This document shows positions 52,329 through 64,000 of a DNA stretch of 64,000 nt, in pieces (the first letter of the stretch is position 1; every line of letters begins with the position of its first letter). Both the position numbers and the translations under genes were made by a program. The DNA lies in NCBI GenBank assembly GCA_036172245.1, contig JAYWIR010000002.1, positions 4,154,001 through 4,218,000 of the forward strand. Direction: 5' to 3'. The notes under the pieces are model-generated. The model was not told where the DNA came from. It saw only the letters and a list, made by a program, of their open reading frames with translations, and did not search any database. This stretch comes from Raillietiella orientalis (taxonomy: Eukaryota).

Positions 52329-53549
52329 GAAGTAAAATAACTAGGATTCTGAGGCAACGATGGAAAGTTTCAAGTATTTTTAGAAAGTTCTTTCAAATAC
52401 TTTCGTACTCCCAGCTAATGCCTCTATTCTGCGAATGAGATACTTTCGCGAGCTAGAGATTTCTCTTGCCCTGCCGCAGCTATCTCCGTTCCACAGAACC
52501 CAGGAAAACAGACCTCCTGTTTCCGGTGAGGAAGGATGCTAGCAGAAGAACCACGAGCTTTCGAGGCTTCTTGGTATTTTCGGTTACGGACATGTGTGAT
52601 TTCCGAAACCGAAGAATGAAAAGACAAAGGGTGTCCAAACTCATCTGAAGGACGACCTCATCAAAAGACCATCTAAAAGACCTTTCACTCGAAAGCAGTG
52701 CCTGGAGAATAGTTTCATCTTCGTTGTTTCAAGAGTCTTCCTGAAACCCGTACTGCACACGCGGTTTGCACTTTTAAAGACTTCTTGCCCATTCTTCCTT
52801 CTTTTTGAAGGGAGGGGGAAAAGGATATTTTTACCAGTCACTGCATATCACAAATGTCAACAAAAGTGAGGAAGGATTTGAAAATTCCATTCCATACTAT
52901 TCGGGTACAAGAATAACGTGCTTTTCAAAGAATTTTAATTCTTTTTCGTTACTAGAAGAGCATTTTAAGTGTAATCTCTAGCAAAACTCTTGAATGTAAA
53001 TCACATTCTTCATTACTGTATCTCCATAAAATTCACTTCAAAAATCAAGAGACTTTTTTCCCAAGACAAAAAACGAAATTTTCAGAGATCAGATTTTTTT
53101 TTTTTTTTTTTTTGAATAGCGGATCTCACGTAAAGTTAAAAGAATCAGATAGGCCAGATAAGCAGTCAGAATATCGACCAGCTGCAGCTCCATTATTACT
53201 TATTATTACTCATCAGTTTTGCATGCATTGTATTAGAAAATAAATAATTGTTCCTCTTTATCTCTTTCTGTGCGCATGCCCGTTTCTTTGGACACTCTTA
53301 GGATGTGTACTAATGCACTTCTCTGGAATCGCTTTCCTATATTCACAGGAGACTCAGTAAGATCAGAGAACATCTCCTTCCCTCTCTACATTTAAAGTAG
53401 TCTAGGGAGGGAGATGCTTGACTTTGCTGACTCAGGTAGGAGTTTGTTTATAATGGACAACCTTGGCATCTTAGTGTGGCAGGTACAATTCACTATCCAA
53501 GCATCTTATCGCAAGCCAAATATTTGGCATCATGCTTAAATTACTTGAG

Positions 53550-54470
53550 CCCCAAATCATCTTTTTTTTCCACTTGGTTCTTCATTTAATTTCATAAGCA
53601 CATTTCGAAGGCCATCAGTTCGATAAAACACCAGGAAAAAAACACATACATTCTAATAGTTACCATGCTTTGCCAAATTTTAACTGTGATGATACAGATG
53701 TATCCAATCATTTAAATGTGTATCTTTGTAATATTAGCAAAGTTCATATGAGACTCAAAACTATGTGTAAAAAACGAATCCTTCAGAAGACAGATCTCTT
53801 GATCAATCCATGTTCTGTGTTCCCTGATGTTAACTGAGAATCATAGCTTCTCAGCATCAGACACGACAGATTTCATAATAAAAAACCTCCAAAATTGGCT
53901 TCTTGAATAGAATTCCCGAAAGGATTCTCAAACCCTGGTATTCTCACTGATAGCGCTAACACATCAATGACATGATTTTATAGAAAACAAATTAGATATG
54001 AATACCCCTGATGTTATAAATATCGTATTTACAGGATATTTTTTCTGAAGTTTTTTCGTATTTGGTAAAACTAGGCAATTATATAGAGAACAGCATGATT
54101 CAAATTATGTGTTTTCTGTAATACTGAAATCTAGGTTCTAATGACTTCTGCCTTAGACACGTCACCAAATGTTATAAGCAAACTTTATCAATGGTGAGTT
54201 ACTGCCAATTGATTCTATGGAAAAGGACTCTGCTTAGTAGACCTTGAGGACTCCTGATCTCTTAAAAGTCATGAGAAAAACTCGAGCTCTCATATCAAGG
54301 ATATCTTCATGTTTAGTAAATTTAGTCTCGAAACCGTTGGATGGGATGTAGGTCCCATCAAACTGTAGTTTGTTGTAGTTTGGAAAGATGGTTTCAAAAA
54401 ATGAGGTAATCAGACTAACATGACAGGAATTTTGCACAAAAGAGAAAACATATCCTTCAAACTTCATAAC
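53550..54470 (-). CDS. Candidate multi-exon gene divergent from NHP2, unknown product
   Basis: Exon-like blocks (ORF 54234-54467; LSVRIPGFENPFGNSIQEANFG; VNIREHRTWIDQEICLLKD) with partial phase compatibility. Confidence 0.3.
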
Positions 54471-55156
54471 TATTAGGTATCGAGGAAATAGATTCTAGAT
54501 AAAATGCTGCCATTATTGCTCTAAAATAAATGAAACAGGAAGGTATTCCTATCTCATTTATTTTCGAGCTCAGTTGCCATTTTTCCCAATCTTTAGTTTT
54601 CTCAAATAAATTAATGCAATCATTTAGTTATTTGGGTACCTATAGAGGAGAGTAAACACTTTATATCTTAGAAGCTTTAATTCTAAAAAGTGCTCAGTCA
54701 TTATCAGATGTTTATTCTCTAATATGTGACTAGTAATTTTTTTTTTTTAGAGGTGATGAATGCCATGAATATCAGCAACTCTGCATCTTCTGTGCGCGGC
54801 GCGTATCCATGTGTTGATGTGTGGTCTGATCGAGTCGACGGGGTGCTAGGCGAGTTCTTATATTGAGTTTACGATAGATTGAAACAAAATTTCGTTTTTT
54901 TTTTCTGTTTTCCTTTTTTCTTTTTTTACCAGGAATCATATTTCATAGTTAATATGCCGTTTACCATGTTCAGTCCTTTGTTTTGACTATCTGTATGAAA
55001 GATTAGGTTTTGTAAACAAATCAGATTGTTTAGCCATTGAATTATTTTCCCGATTGGAATTGCATAGCCATTTTACTTCTGATGTGTGTGTTGTATGAAT
55101 AGCATGATTTTACGTAGAATCTAAGTTAAATACCAGAAATTACCAACAAGTTTAAG

Positions 55157-56482
55157 ATGGGGAAGCAACCACCCCTAGATAAAAGTGTGGAAGCTTCTAA
55201 TTTATCAATTGATTATGACACGATTGCTTCATTAAGCTATGAAGACAAGCTGCGTTTTGCAAGTCCAATTGCCAAACCCATGGCTCCTAGGAAACTGGTA
55301 AAGAGAATCTGTAAACTCATTAGAAAAAGTTAGTGACCCGTTTTGCATGTAATTGTTAACAACATGAAACTGATTTATTAATTATTTTAATAATATTTCC
55401 TACTTTAATTGCCTTATGCAATGTATAGTTTGCATTTTTAACAGTATCATCACAAGTAAGCCATCTAGTGTGGTAAAAACTGTGCAGGAGATAACATTGT
55501 TGATTACTTGATTTGTTTTTTCATAGCAAATCTTTGACTTAGTGTGTGCCGTAGATAAATAACAAATTGTGTGCACCTATCCCATGTTGCTTTGGTAAAC
55601 ACACTTTTAGTTTCTTGAAAAAATGTCAACTTTATTTATTTTACATATAACTGTGTTTGGAATTAACATTTATGCTACATGTGTATATAAATTTAAATGT
55701 GGACTTTAGGTGTTCAAGAGAAGTGTATACGAAATGGCTTGAAAGCTGTTCAAACAAGATTAAGAAAAGGTGAACGTGGGTAAGTCCTTTTATTTTGATC
55801 TTTCATGCTAGCATGGCAAATACTCTGACTTCAAAAAATATTAGAAATCATTGCTTGATGATGAACTAATCTTGTTGGTGAAATCTAATGGTTATCTTTG
55901 TAATGCAAACAATGTCCTTAAAGCAAATATGAGTGATTAGCCTGATGTCTTATTATGAAATAGCAAATAGAATTCCCATCTTCTGCCATTCATCACTAGT
56001 AAACTTAAAAAGTAAACAAAGATGCAATTCATGCAAATAAACTATAGGAACAAAGTAAATGTACACATGCTTTGAAATATCTTTATTTGAAAGCAATCAT
56101 TTGTTTGTTGGTCATTTGACTAACAGCCATCAATTTTAAGGAGCAAGACATCCTGAATTGTTAACATTCAAGCTGTGCTGCATTAATGTGCAATGAGGAA
56201 TTACAGATTGAAATGTTTCCCTGCATTCGTATAAATGTTGCTCTGTTTAGGATAGTGGTCTTTGCTGGTGATGTGACTCCAATTGAATTAATATGCCATT
56301 TACCAGCAGTATGTGAAGAAAAAGGCCTCCCCTATGTTTATGTGCCTACTGCTGCTGATTTGAATGCTGCCTTTGGAACAGAACGCAAGCAGGCTACAGT
56401 GCTCATCAAAGCACATGAGACATATCAACCTTTATATGATGAGTGTATTGATGAAATCAATAAATTGCCTCCAGTATTCTGA
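55157..56482 (+). CDS. NHP2: H/ACA ribonucleoprotein subunit 2 (L7Ae family)
   Basis: Exons 55157-55328, 55710-55779, 56251-56482 in phase; [59 protein letters not shown]. Confidence 0.95.
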
Positions 56483-56501
56483 TAAGCTGATTTAAAATTC
56501 A

Positions 56502-57451
56502 TTATTCCTTGCTATCACAAATGATGGATAAGGCTTTTATAGCTTTAAATGTAGAAGACACGTCCGCATCTTTCTGAGTAGAACATTGTTGCTTGTCGTA
56601 AATATCATAAATAGTTATCAAATAAGTTATTTCATCTTCCAGCAGTTTCAAAAAATATGGAATAAACCATGCTTTTCTTTTCACATAGAGTTCATTCAAA
56701 TCTTCAAGTAATTTTTTTTCTATCTGGATTAGTTCTTCCTTATTCACATCCAGTTCTTTCTTAATTTGCTCAGTTTTTAGTGAACATCCAGATTTATTAT
56801 TTTCCTGTTCCAATTTGGACAGTTTCATTTGCAGTTTATTAGTTTCTTGTAGTACAGTTTCTCTGGCTTTAAGATTCATGCTGACCCACTGAAATTCATG
56901 AGCATACTTCTTTAATGGGATCAATAGATTTTCATGGAGAGAATTACTCAGAATGTTGGTATGCATACAAATCTGAAAATTTGCCTCATGTTATGTCTTA
57001 TTTCAAGTTTCTTTCAAAAACACTTTAAATGTATCCCAAATTTCAAGAAGCAATTGACTACAGTACCTGATTTGATATCCCATTTAGTTTGTCAAGACTG
57101 TTATTCAAATTGTCATAATATTCACATATGCTGTGATTTTTCAATTCTGCGCACAATTTTTTGTGCGAATCATGCACATCCACAAAAGATTTTTCCAATC
57201 TTTTCACATCTTTTCGCATTTTTCGCAAAACTTCCTCTAGGCTGGAGTTCGAGCAGTCTTATTTTATTATCACATCACAACTGAAAAGATAGCCAAACCT
57301 TTGCAACTGCAAGAAAATTGTACGTAATTTAGTGTCTGCACTGCTTATTTTAAAAGATGATGGGGTTGCATTGATGAGATAGCCTTTTTTGCGCAACTTA
57401 CTAAAAGTTCATTAAATTAATCCGTTTTGTTTGCACTTACATCCAGTCCAT
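56502..57451 (-). CDS. BIN3: Bridging integrator 3 (BAR-domain protein)
   Basis: Exons 57451-57441, 57400-57299, 57241-57067, 56972-56502 in phase; MDWI start, LEEVLRKMRKDVK, IPLKKYAHEF..KARE..LQE, and C-terminal IKALSIICD resemble BIN3 (MSWI, LEEQTRRLQKDMK, EPLKKF, LRALSIVAD). Confidence 0.85.
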
Positions 57452-57639
57452 CTTCCTATACGCTTCTAATGTTTCTGGGGAATCAACTGCTCATCTTTTG
57501 AAAATAAAAGCATCTTCTAGCTGTGATGCCAGTAAACGAAATTTTGTGCATAAAAACAATCATCATCAAAGAATGATCACACTCTGCATCTGCTGTGCAA
57601 GTCACTTCACCATCGAAACCATGATTTTTTTTAAAAAAA

Positions 57640-60600
57640 CTTACATTTCTTGGAGTGCTTCAAAGATTTTTTCAAATAGTAACGTGCTTATTTTATTGCA
57701 GCCAAAATATGAACCTGTTTTGTTCCATTATATTGTTCTAATGCATTTTACACCATGTGACCAAATAGCAAACCACACTTCCTTGTTGTAGGACTGAATA
57801 AAACACTCTCCAATGCACCAACGTATAAGGTGCATCACCAAACACTCCAGATTTGTCGAAATATGGATATGATTTAGTTCTTCACTCCTTCAAAACATGA
57901 AGGTAGGCAGCATGACCATGAAACTATGGATTTCGAAAGCAGTAATTGCAAGGGACTGGACCTTCCAATGCAGAAGTAAGCATAAACAGCACACAAACGA
58001 TTTTTGAAAGTGACGAGTAAAAACGTGCACAGCTGTTTGCAAAAGGAGGACAAATATTGGCGCCACAGAAAAACACCGCGAGCATTCGCAGAAAGGTAAA
58101 TTCCGCAAACATTGAGGAAGAAAAAATATTATCTAGACTCAAGCATTCGGAACATAAGAAAAACTAACATTTGCAAGCCACCCCAGAGAAAATCTTATGT
58201 CTAAAGAGTTCTTGTAAAAACATACATTTGAAAGTATGTTCCTTTTTGAGATCACAGTATTTATCAGTCGCCTGAGAAAACTCAAAATGCATTAGGAAGT
58301 CTGACTAGGTTGTCGAGCGATTTTCAATAAAACCTTGACCAACACATGCTAGTCCTTGGGATTAAAAAAAATGCTTCAACGCATGAACCTATTTGCACTT
58401 TCGAAACTGACTCTTAGACAACGTTCTTTTGCATTCCTAATTTTCCTAGTTTGTCTTTCCGATGGAAACAGGAGGATCGTTTTAATTTGTAAATCTGCTA
58501 CCAATTTGTCGTCAGAACTATTCGGTTGGAATGAAGTCTTAGGGTTTCATGTTTCCATCAAGCCCCTGAGCGTCATTGTTTTTCCCCTATTTTCTAATTC
58601 TCATACTCTTTGAAATCTTTTATTGAACAATGAAAGCTACAGCTCTGGAATGCTGGTCAATATGGTAGACTGCTGCATGAGTTCATAGTTTTGCTCCGAT
58701 GCATTCTGATCATTTAAAGTCATTATGTTTTCCCAAACTCCAATTTTACGTAATGAAACAAAACATCATAGTTCAGCAAAATCGGTTACTGAACTTCAGA
58801 AAACAGTTCAAAAATCGATAACCAGAAAAGCAAGACCACTGAAGGAACCGGATAACGTTTCCAGCATTTGCAATAAAGTGCCAAGATTGTAAATATCTAT
58901 AACCAAAATCCCCCCTTATTGCATTGTTTTTCATTAGATTAATTTTTATGTGAATACGTTGAGCCATCTTTTACTGGAAACATTTGTGCGCTTCTGGAGA
59001 ATCGTAAATCAGATAGTCAAGATGTTCTTGAATACTTGCACGTTGATATTGTTATTAATGAGATTATCGTTTAATTAATTGAAAAACTAACAAAAGAATA
59101 ATATTTCGTAAAACAACTAAAATGTCCTGCTCTTTTATACTCTCCGTAAGGAATTATTACTACTTCAGTATATCTGATGAACTCTGAATATTCGTAAAAT
59201 ATTATCAAATACAGTCTACGCTAAGTATTGTTATTTCACGAATATAATCACAAGGAACATTCTAAGATAACTCTAAAATACACTGAAAACACGATAAAAA
59301 AACGTTAAACAACCAATATTATGTTACATTTCTTCTATAAAAGGGAAATATCCACAAACAAAGCACAATGCAAGGATGAGTCTGTTGGCTGTCTAGAGGA
59401 TGGATGAAGCAAATACGGGAAGAATTAACCAAAATGAATATGGACGTTCACCTTCAAAATTGCTGATAAAGCCATTTCCTAAAATAGTTTCGTGGTAATT
59501 CTAAGTTAGCTGTTACTTTGAAAAAGTATTTTTTTTTCCGGTTTTGTTATGCCTGCTTTACTGTTTTTCCAATTTTTTTATTTTTTTTTTCGAGTTCATC
59601 CTTGTATGATTTTTGATTTAGCAATCTTATAAAGAAGCTATTATTTATTTTTGGCAACGTCCTGAAATGCATCATGCAGTTTGCTGATCTGCTTTATCAT
59701 TTTTCCTCTATTTATGTATGGCATAAGTCATTAGTTAAAAACTTTGGTACTCACTTTTGCTTTGCGTCCTTGAATCACATTTTTGTTTCTGAAGTCCGAA
59801 CATATCACTTTATGGGAAAAATCAAGCAAATCTGGAACAGGATATAATGCAGTAGGAGATTGTGGGTGTTACATATGTAATTGCTTTACAGCCTTTAAAT
59901 CTGCTTTTTCTTAAACGTTGTTCATTACGCACGTAGTTATTAAGTTCTTAATACTCAAATCAGATGCATTTGTACCTTGTTCAGTTTTCTCATCAGTTTC
60001 TTTTCTGGATCTACACCTATTTCTCTTATCGTACCTCTATCTTGCCTGAAGACTTAGCAAACACCTGTTATGCATTTTGCATATAACTTATTATTTAATT
60101 CTCTAAATTAGCGCTTTTATATCATGGCGCATATTTCTAATTATCTTTAAATTTGATAAAACACTTCGCTTCGCTACATATACAAATGTGGCAGTCTCCT
60201 GTGCAATGAGCTGCAAATTTTGAAAATTTGAAAGACACGATCAAAGAAGTGGAAGTTTTTGGATGTCTGCAAATTATGATTCCCGTTTATCAATTCTTAC
60301 TTTAAGTTTTCTCGTGGTCACTAACGCAAACAAAGTGGTCATTATCAGATTCTAATTTCTCCTCATTAGCATTACTGAGAACAAAAATAAATGCAAGGAA
60401 TCCAATTTCTTGATTAAAGAATGCAGGTTAGCAAATAACAGTGGGAGTTAATCAGGGAAAGAAGTCTCTTTTTCCAATAAAGAAAGAATATCACTGGCAT
60501 ACTGATATAAGAATCAATCTCGGTACTGAAGGCATCGTTCGTCAATTGTAATTACTTATATATGAATGTTTTGTTAAGATATAGCCTTATAGTTCTACGG

Positions 60601-63250
60601 GTTCTTCATATAGAATTCGCCTAGTTTCATGCTTTAGTCAAAGAGGAGCACATGAATCGCAAAATTTAAGTCAACAGACTTCAAATGTTTACTGTAAACG
60701 AAAACAAAGGAAATAATCGGAAGATCAACTGCTATTAGCCACATTTGTTCACATAATCGTAGTTTCTTGGTAGCTCCCTTTGTTCACACACGGAAAGACA
60801 ATGAAGCTTGTAGGTTTATAGAAACTTATATGAAAAATCAGGCTTTCACAGATTAGACCCAGTTCTTTCAAATATCCCAATGAAGATGAAAGTAACAGCT
60901 CCTTGGGAGGTTTTTACTAGCTGAATATACTCTTGATTAATAATGTATTTTACTAAGATGATTTTTCAAGAACATTTCATCATGTTGTAACGCGTCCTTA
61001 GAAAACTATGGTAATTTTGAAATAAGCAACAACATTATTTATTATGTTACAGTGTCTAAAGAAAGATCGTATTTCTTTACTTCAGATAAATTAGTTTGCC
61101 TTTTTTATCCAAGAATTCAAAATTTCAGAGAAATTGTTCTTAACTCATATTTGAAACCATGCCATGCATTGCCGAGCATTTTTCGTTGGATTGCATGGAT
61201 TCCGGGAGAGAAACAAAAAAGTTCTTCGTGGCAACTTCTAACTCCATGTAAATGTATTGCAAATCTGCACACATTGCTAGATGTGAAACTAAGACTGCCT
61301 GAGTGAAGGTTGCAGACCAACACTTTTTCAAAGAGAATGATGTCTCAAAATAAAACACGATATTGGATTAGAATTTTCAGTGATTGTTTCCTTTTGAAGA
61401 AACGAGTCAAAGGATGGAAACATTGAAATGGTAAAAGCGTTTGCCCTGAAAATATATGCATAGCACTTTGGCTTTTCACGTGCTTTCACTATTTAGTTTT
61501 CAAAACAGTTTCAGATCCTTTGCAATCCCGCTTCCCGTTTTCAAAATTAACAGGACTTCCTTATCAAAAGAATGAAGTAGCTCCTTCCAGCTGCTGTCAG
61601 ACAATTTTTGCTCTAATACGATGATAGGATACACATTAGGGCGCCCAACTACATGCATGATCTCAGAGTTCCTTATCCCATCCAAGGGGAGAAGGCATTA
61701 CCATTATATGCAAATGATCAAAATTTCCATCTCGAGATCACCACTTGATGCATTTCTCTTGTTCTATCCAACAAAAACCGCGTATGATCAGCAGACCCAT
61801 TTCAGTTCCATCGGAGCTTTCAGGATAACTAGTGTAAATAATTCAGTGTCATTTTTTCTTTACATGGGATTTTCAAATCAAACCTTGCATCACTACTAGA
61901 ACGGGATCGTTATTTTTCCAGTATACTAAGATCAGAAAGCCGTTTGTGAGTGTGTCGAAACAAAAATGAAAGCTGTATGCCCAGGTAATTCCAGAGTACG
62001 ATTCCTGATATGATTATTGGAAACTAAATTCCATAGTAAAAACAAACTATTTACAGTCAAAACCTACGATAAGCACGCATTATATGTTAACACAAACTAT
62101 TATTTTACAGGAGAAGATTCTTGAAATTTTTTTTCTTTCCCTCTGAAGCAAACGATACTGCTTTTGAGAAGTCGTTTGCATATGTTGAACGAAAAGCCGT
62201 ATTACCATAACTAAAGGTTAATCCATAAATTTCTACCACGTAGTTATTTGTGCAATAGGGAAGCTATGGACCAATTGTTCAGTCATAGATCCAGTAGTTA
62301 TACTCTGTTAGTTATGTTGCTAAATCACAGCCTGTTGGCTGTGGTTGCGATGCATTGTAAAGCGTAAAATAATGCTCCAATTTCTGTTCGTGTCCAAAAA
62401 ATTCGTCATTCCTAGTGTTGGCTATATTGAAATCAAAAAATTTTACTCGCTGGATGTTTCACTGCTCAAGCTCTTGAATTGAAATGTAGCCGTCGACCAA
62501 AACCTCAAATTATCAAATTTAGAATGTCTTTTTAGGTGAGTATAAAGTGTATCACGTGCCAATTTGATGGCATTGCCATTATGAGCCCCTCTGATACGAA
62601 AAATCAGTAGCAACGTACTAGAGCATTTAATCGAGAAGGGAAACTAGAACGTTCGGATTTTAATCGTGTTTGCTCAAGTTTGTCACCAATTTCTGAAAAA
62701 GCATAAATGCTTGGAGTAAATTCCACGAATTTGAACAGAATCCCCCAAACCCAAATGAAAGTATGCATTCAGCTGTATTTCGTGACTGTAGAATTTCCTG
62801 TGAACGAAGTTCGAACGATGTGTCAATAAGTAAATAGTCTATGAAGTCATGACTTGTAGCTAATGTTTTGTTACCAAAATGGTGAAGACTCACATTTACT
62901 TATAAGATGATGCATTTTTCGAATTGCAGTTTCTCTGTTAATTAAGATGATTGGGCTCGTCTTTCATGTAATCCTTAGCGATATTAATCTTAACTTGATT
63001 TCAGTAGTATGGTCAGAATACTTCCAAGGAAGTATTGAAAAATGGATTGTTCTCTTGCAGAATATGCGGTTCTTTCAAACAGTTTTGTAGGCTCATTGAT
63101 TTTCACTTTTATTAATTTGTTAGTAACTATCAAGAAATGTAGGGAATTCCAAGTATTGAGCCGATCTTTACCATTATATGAAAAATTCACCATCCCGATG
63201 GTGTTTTTATTACATTTTGCACTTTCTGTATTGGAGTAATTTATTCTGAT
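57640..63250 (-). CDS. Large multi-exon gene, product not recognised
   Basis: Many AG/GT-bounded open blocks, e.g. GSYFGCNKISTLLFEKIFEALQE (donor at 57644), CLVMHLIRWCIGECF, ORF 61500-61685, ETAIRKMHHLISK|YLLIDTSFELRSQE..FQKL. Full model not assembled; could be more than one gene. Confidence 0.5.
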
Positions 63251-64000
63251 TATTGGAGGCATTTTTCTCATTTTCATGTTGGCATGAAAAGTATTTTCCA
63301 TTTATTTCATTTCATTTTGTCTTTCCTTCTTAGTTAACTGTGTTCTTCAAATGCGAGAAAATTGTGCATTGTGACTGTAATCTTAAATGATTTCTATATA
63401 AAGGTGCTTTTTTCCCTTACATTTAAGCACCAAAATATTCAACTGAGTTGTTTTCTATTTGTGGTAACTGGTTACTTACCATGGAATGCCTTATTTGTAG
63501 CAGGTTCTGCATGATTAGCTTTTATATTTGAAAGTATGACATATAGTGCCAAACATGACCGTTTTTGATTTATTTCTTTTTTTACAAGTAAGACTCAAAT
63601 ATCATACAGTTATTTGTTTTGTTTCTTAAAATCCTCATTCATGATGCCGATTTATGTGGGATTTTCTAGTAACTGAGATGTATCTTGAAATTCTTATGAT
63701 TAAAGTATTCACATAAACATTTGATTCTTATCCTGTGAATAATGATGTTATCAGATCCATTTAAGAAGTGGTTTTCATAATTTCTTCTATTTGAACAGTA
63801 GGATTTTGTGATTAGGTTAAGGTCTTCATATAATTGGTGATTGATTAGTGATGGTTGGATGGAATTTATTCCAGTGATTTGTGATTTTTAATGCTTAAAA
63901 GTACCTTCTTAGCATAAACTGATTGTCAATCATATTGTTGAATCAATGTCTACACATTTGAATGATTGCTTCTTATGTCAAGTTTAGTACATTACATACA

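Overview
Eukaryotic (invertebrate-animal-like, possibly nematode; inferred from 40-60 nt GT-AG introns) genomic DNA. AT-rich islands of compact intron-containing genes alternate with GC-rich blocks of decayed, nested transposons. Genes recognised by manual splicing and motif recognition: a 13-exon GPAT1/GPAM-like gene (14184-19107, +) whose catalytic motifs I-III are lost although the reading frame is intact; an EMRE/SMDT1-like exon (-); a coiled-coil protein gene with TE-filled introns (+); NHP2 (+) and BIN3 (-), convergent with stops 19 bp apart; and several unidentified multi-exon candidates. Mobile DNA: two families of L1/Tx1-clade non-LTR retrotransposons, a long repeat with a tRNA-derived head and duplicated B-box (7 copies), and pogo-, hAT- and Penelope-like remnants. 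There are also 28S rRNA and U6 snRNA fragments. Most interesting: (1) the GPAT pseudoenzyme; (2) one Tx1 family, ending in a hairpin without poly(A), inserted repeatedly with TSDs into the tRNA-headed repeat; (3) polarisable evidence that imperfect inverted repeats have been converted into perfect ones. All family assignments are by eye; no searches were run, and TE boundaries without TSDs are approximate.
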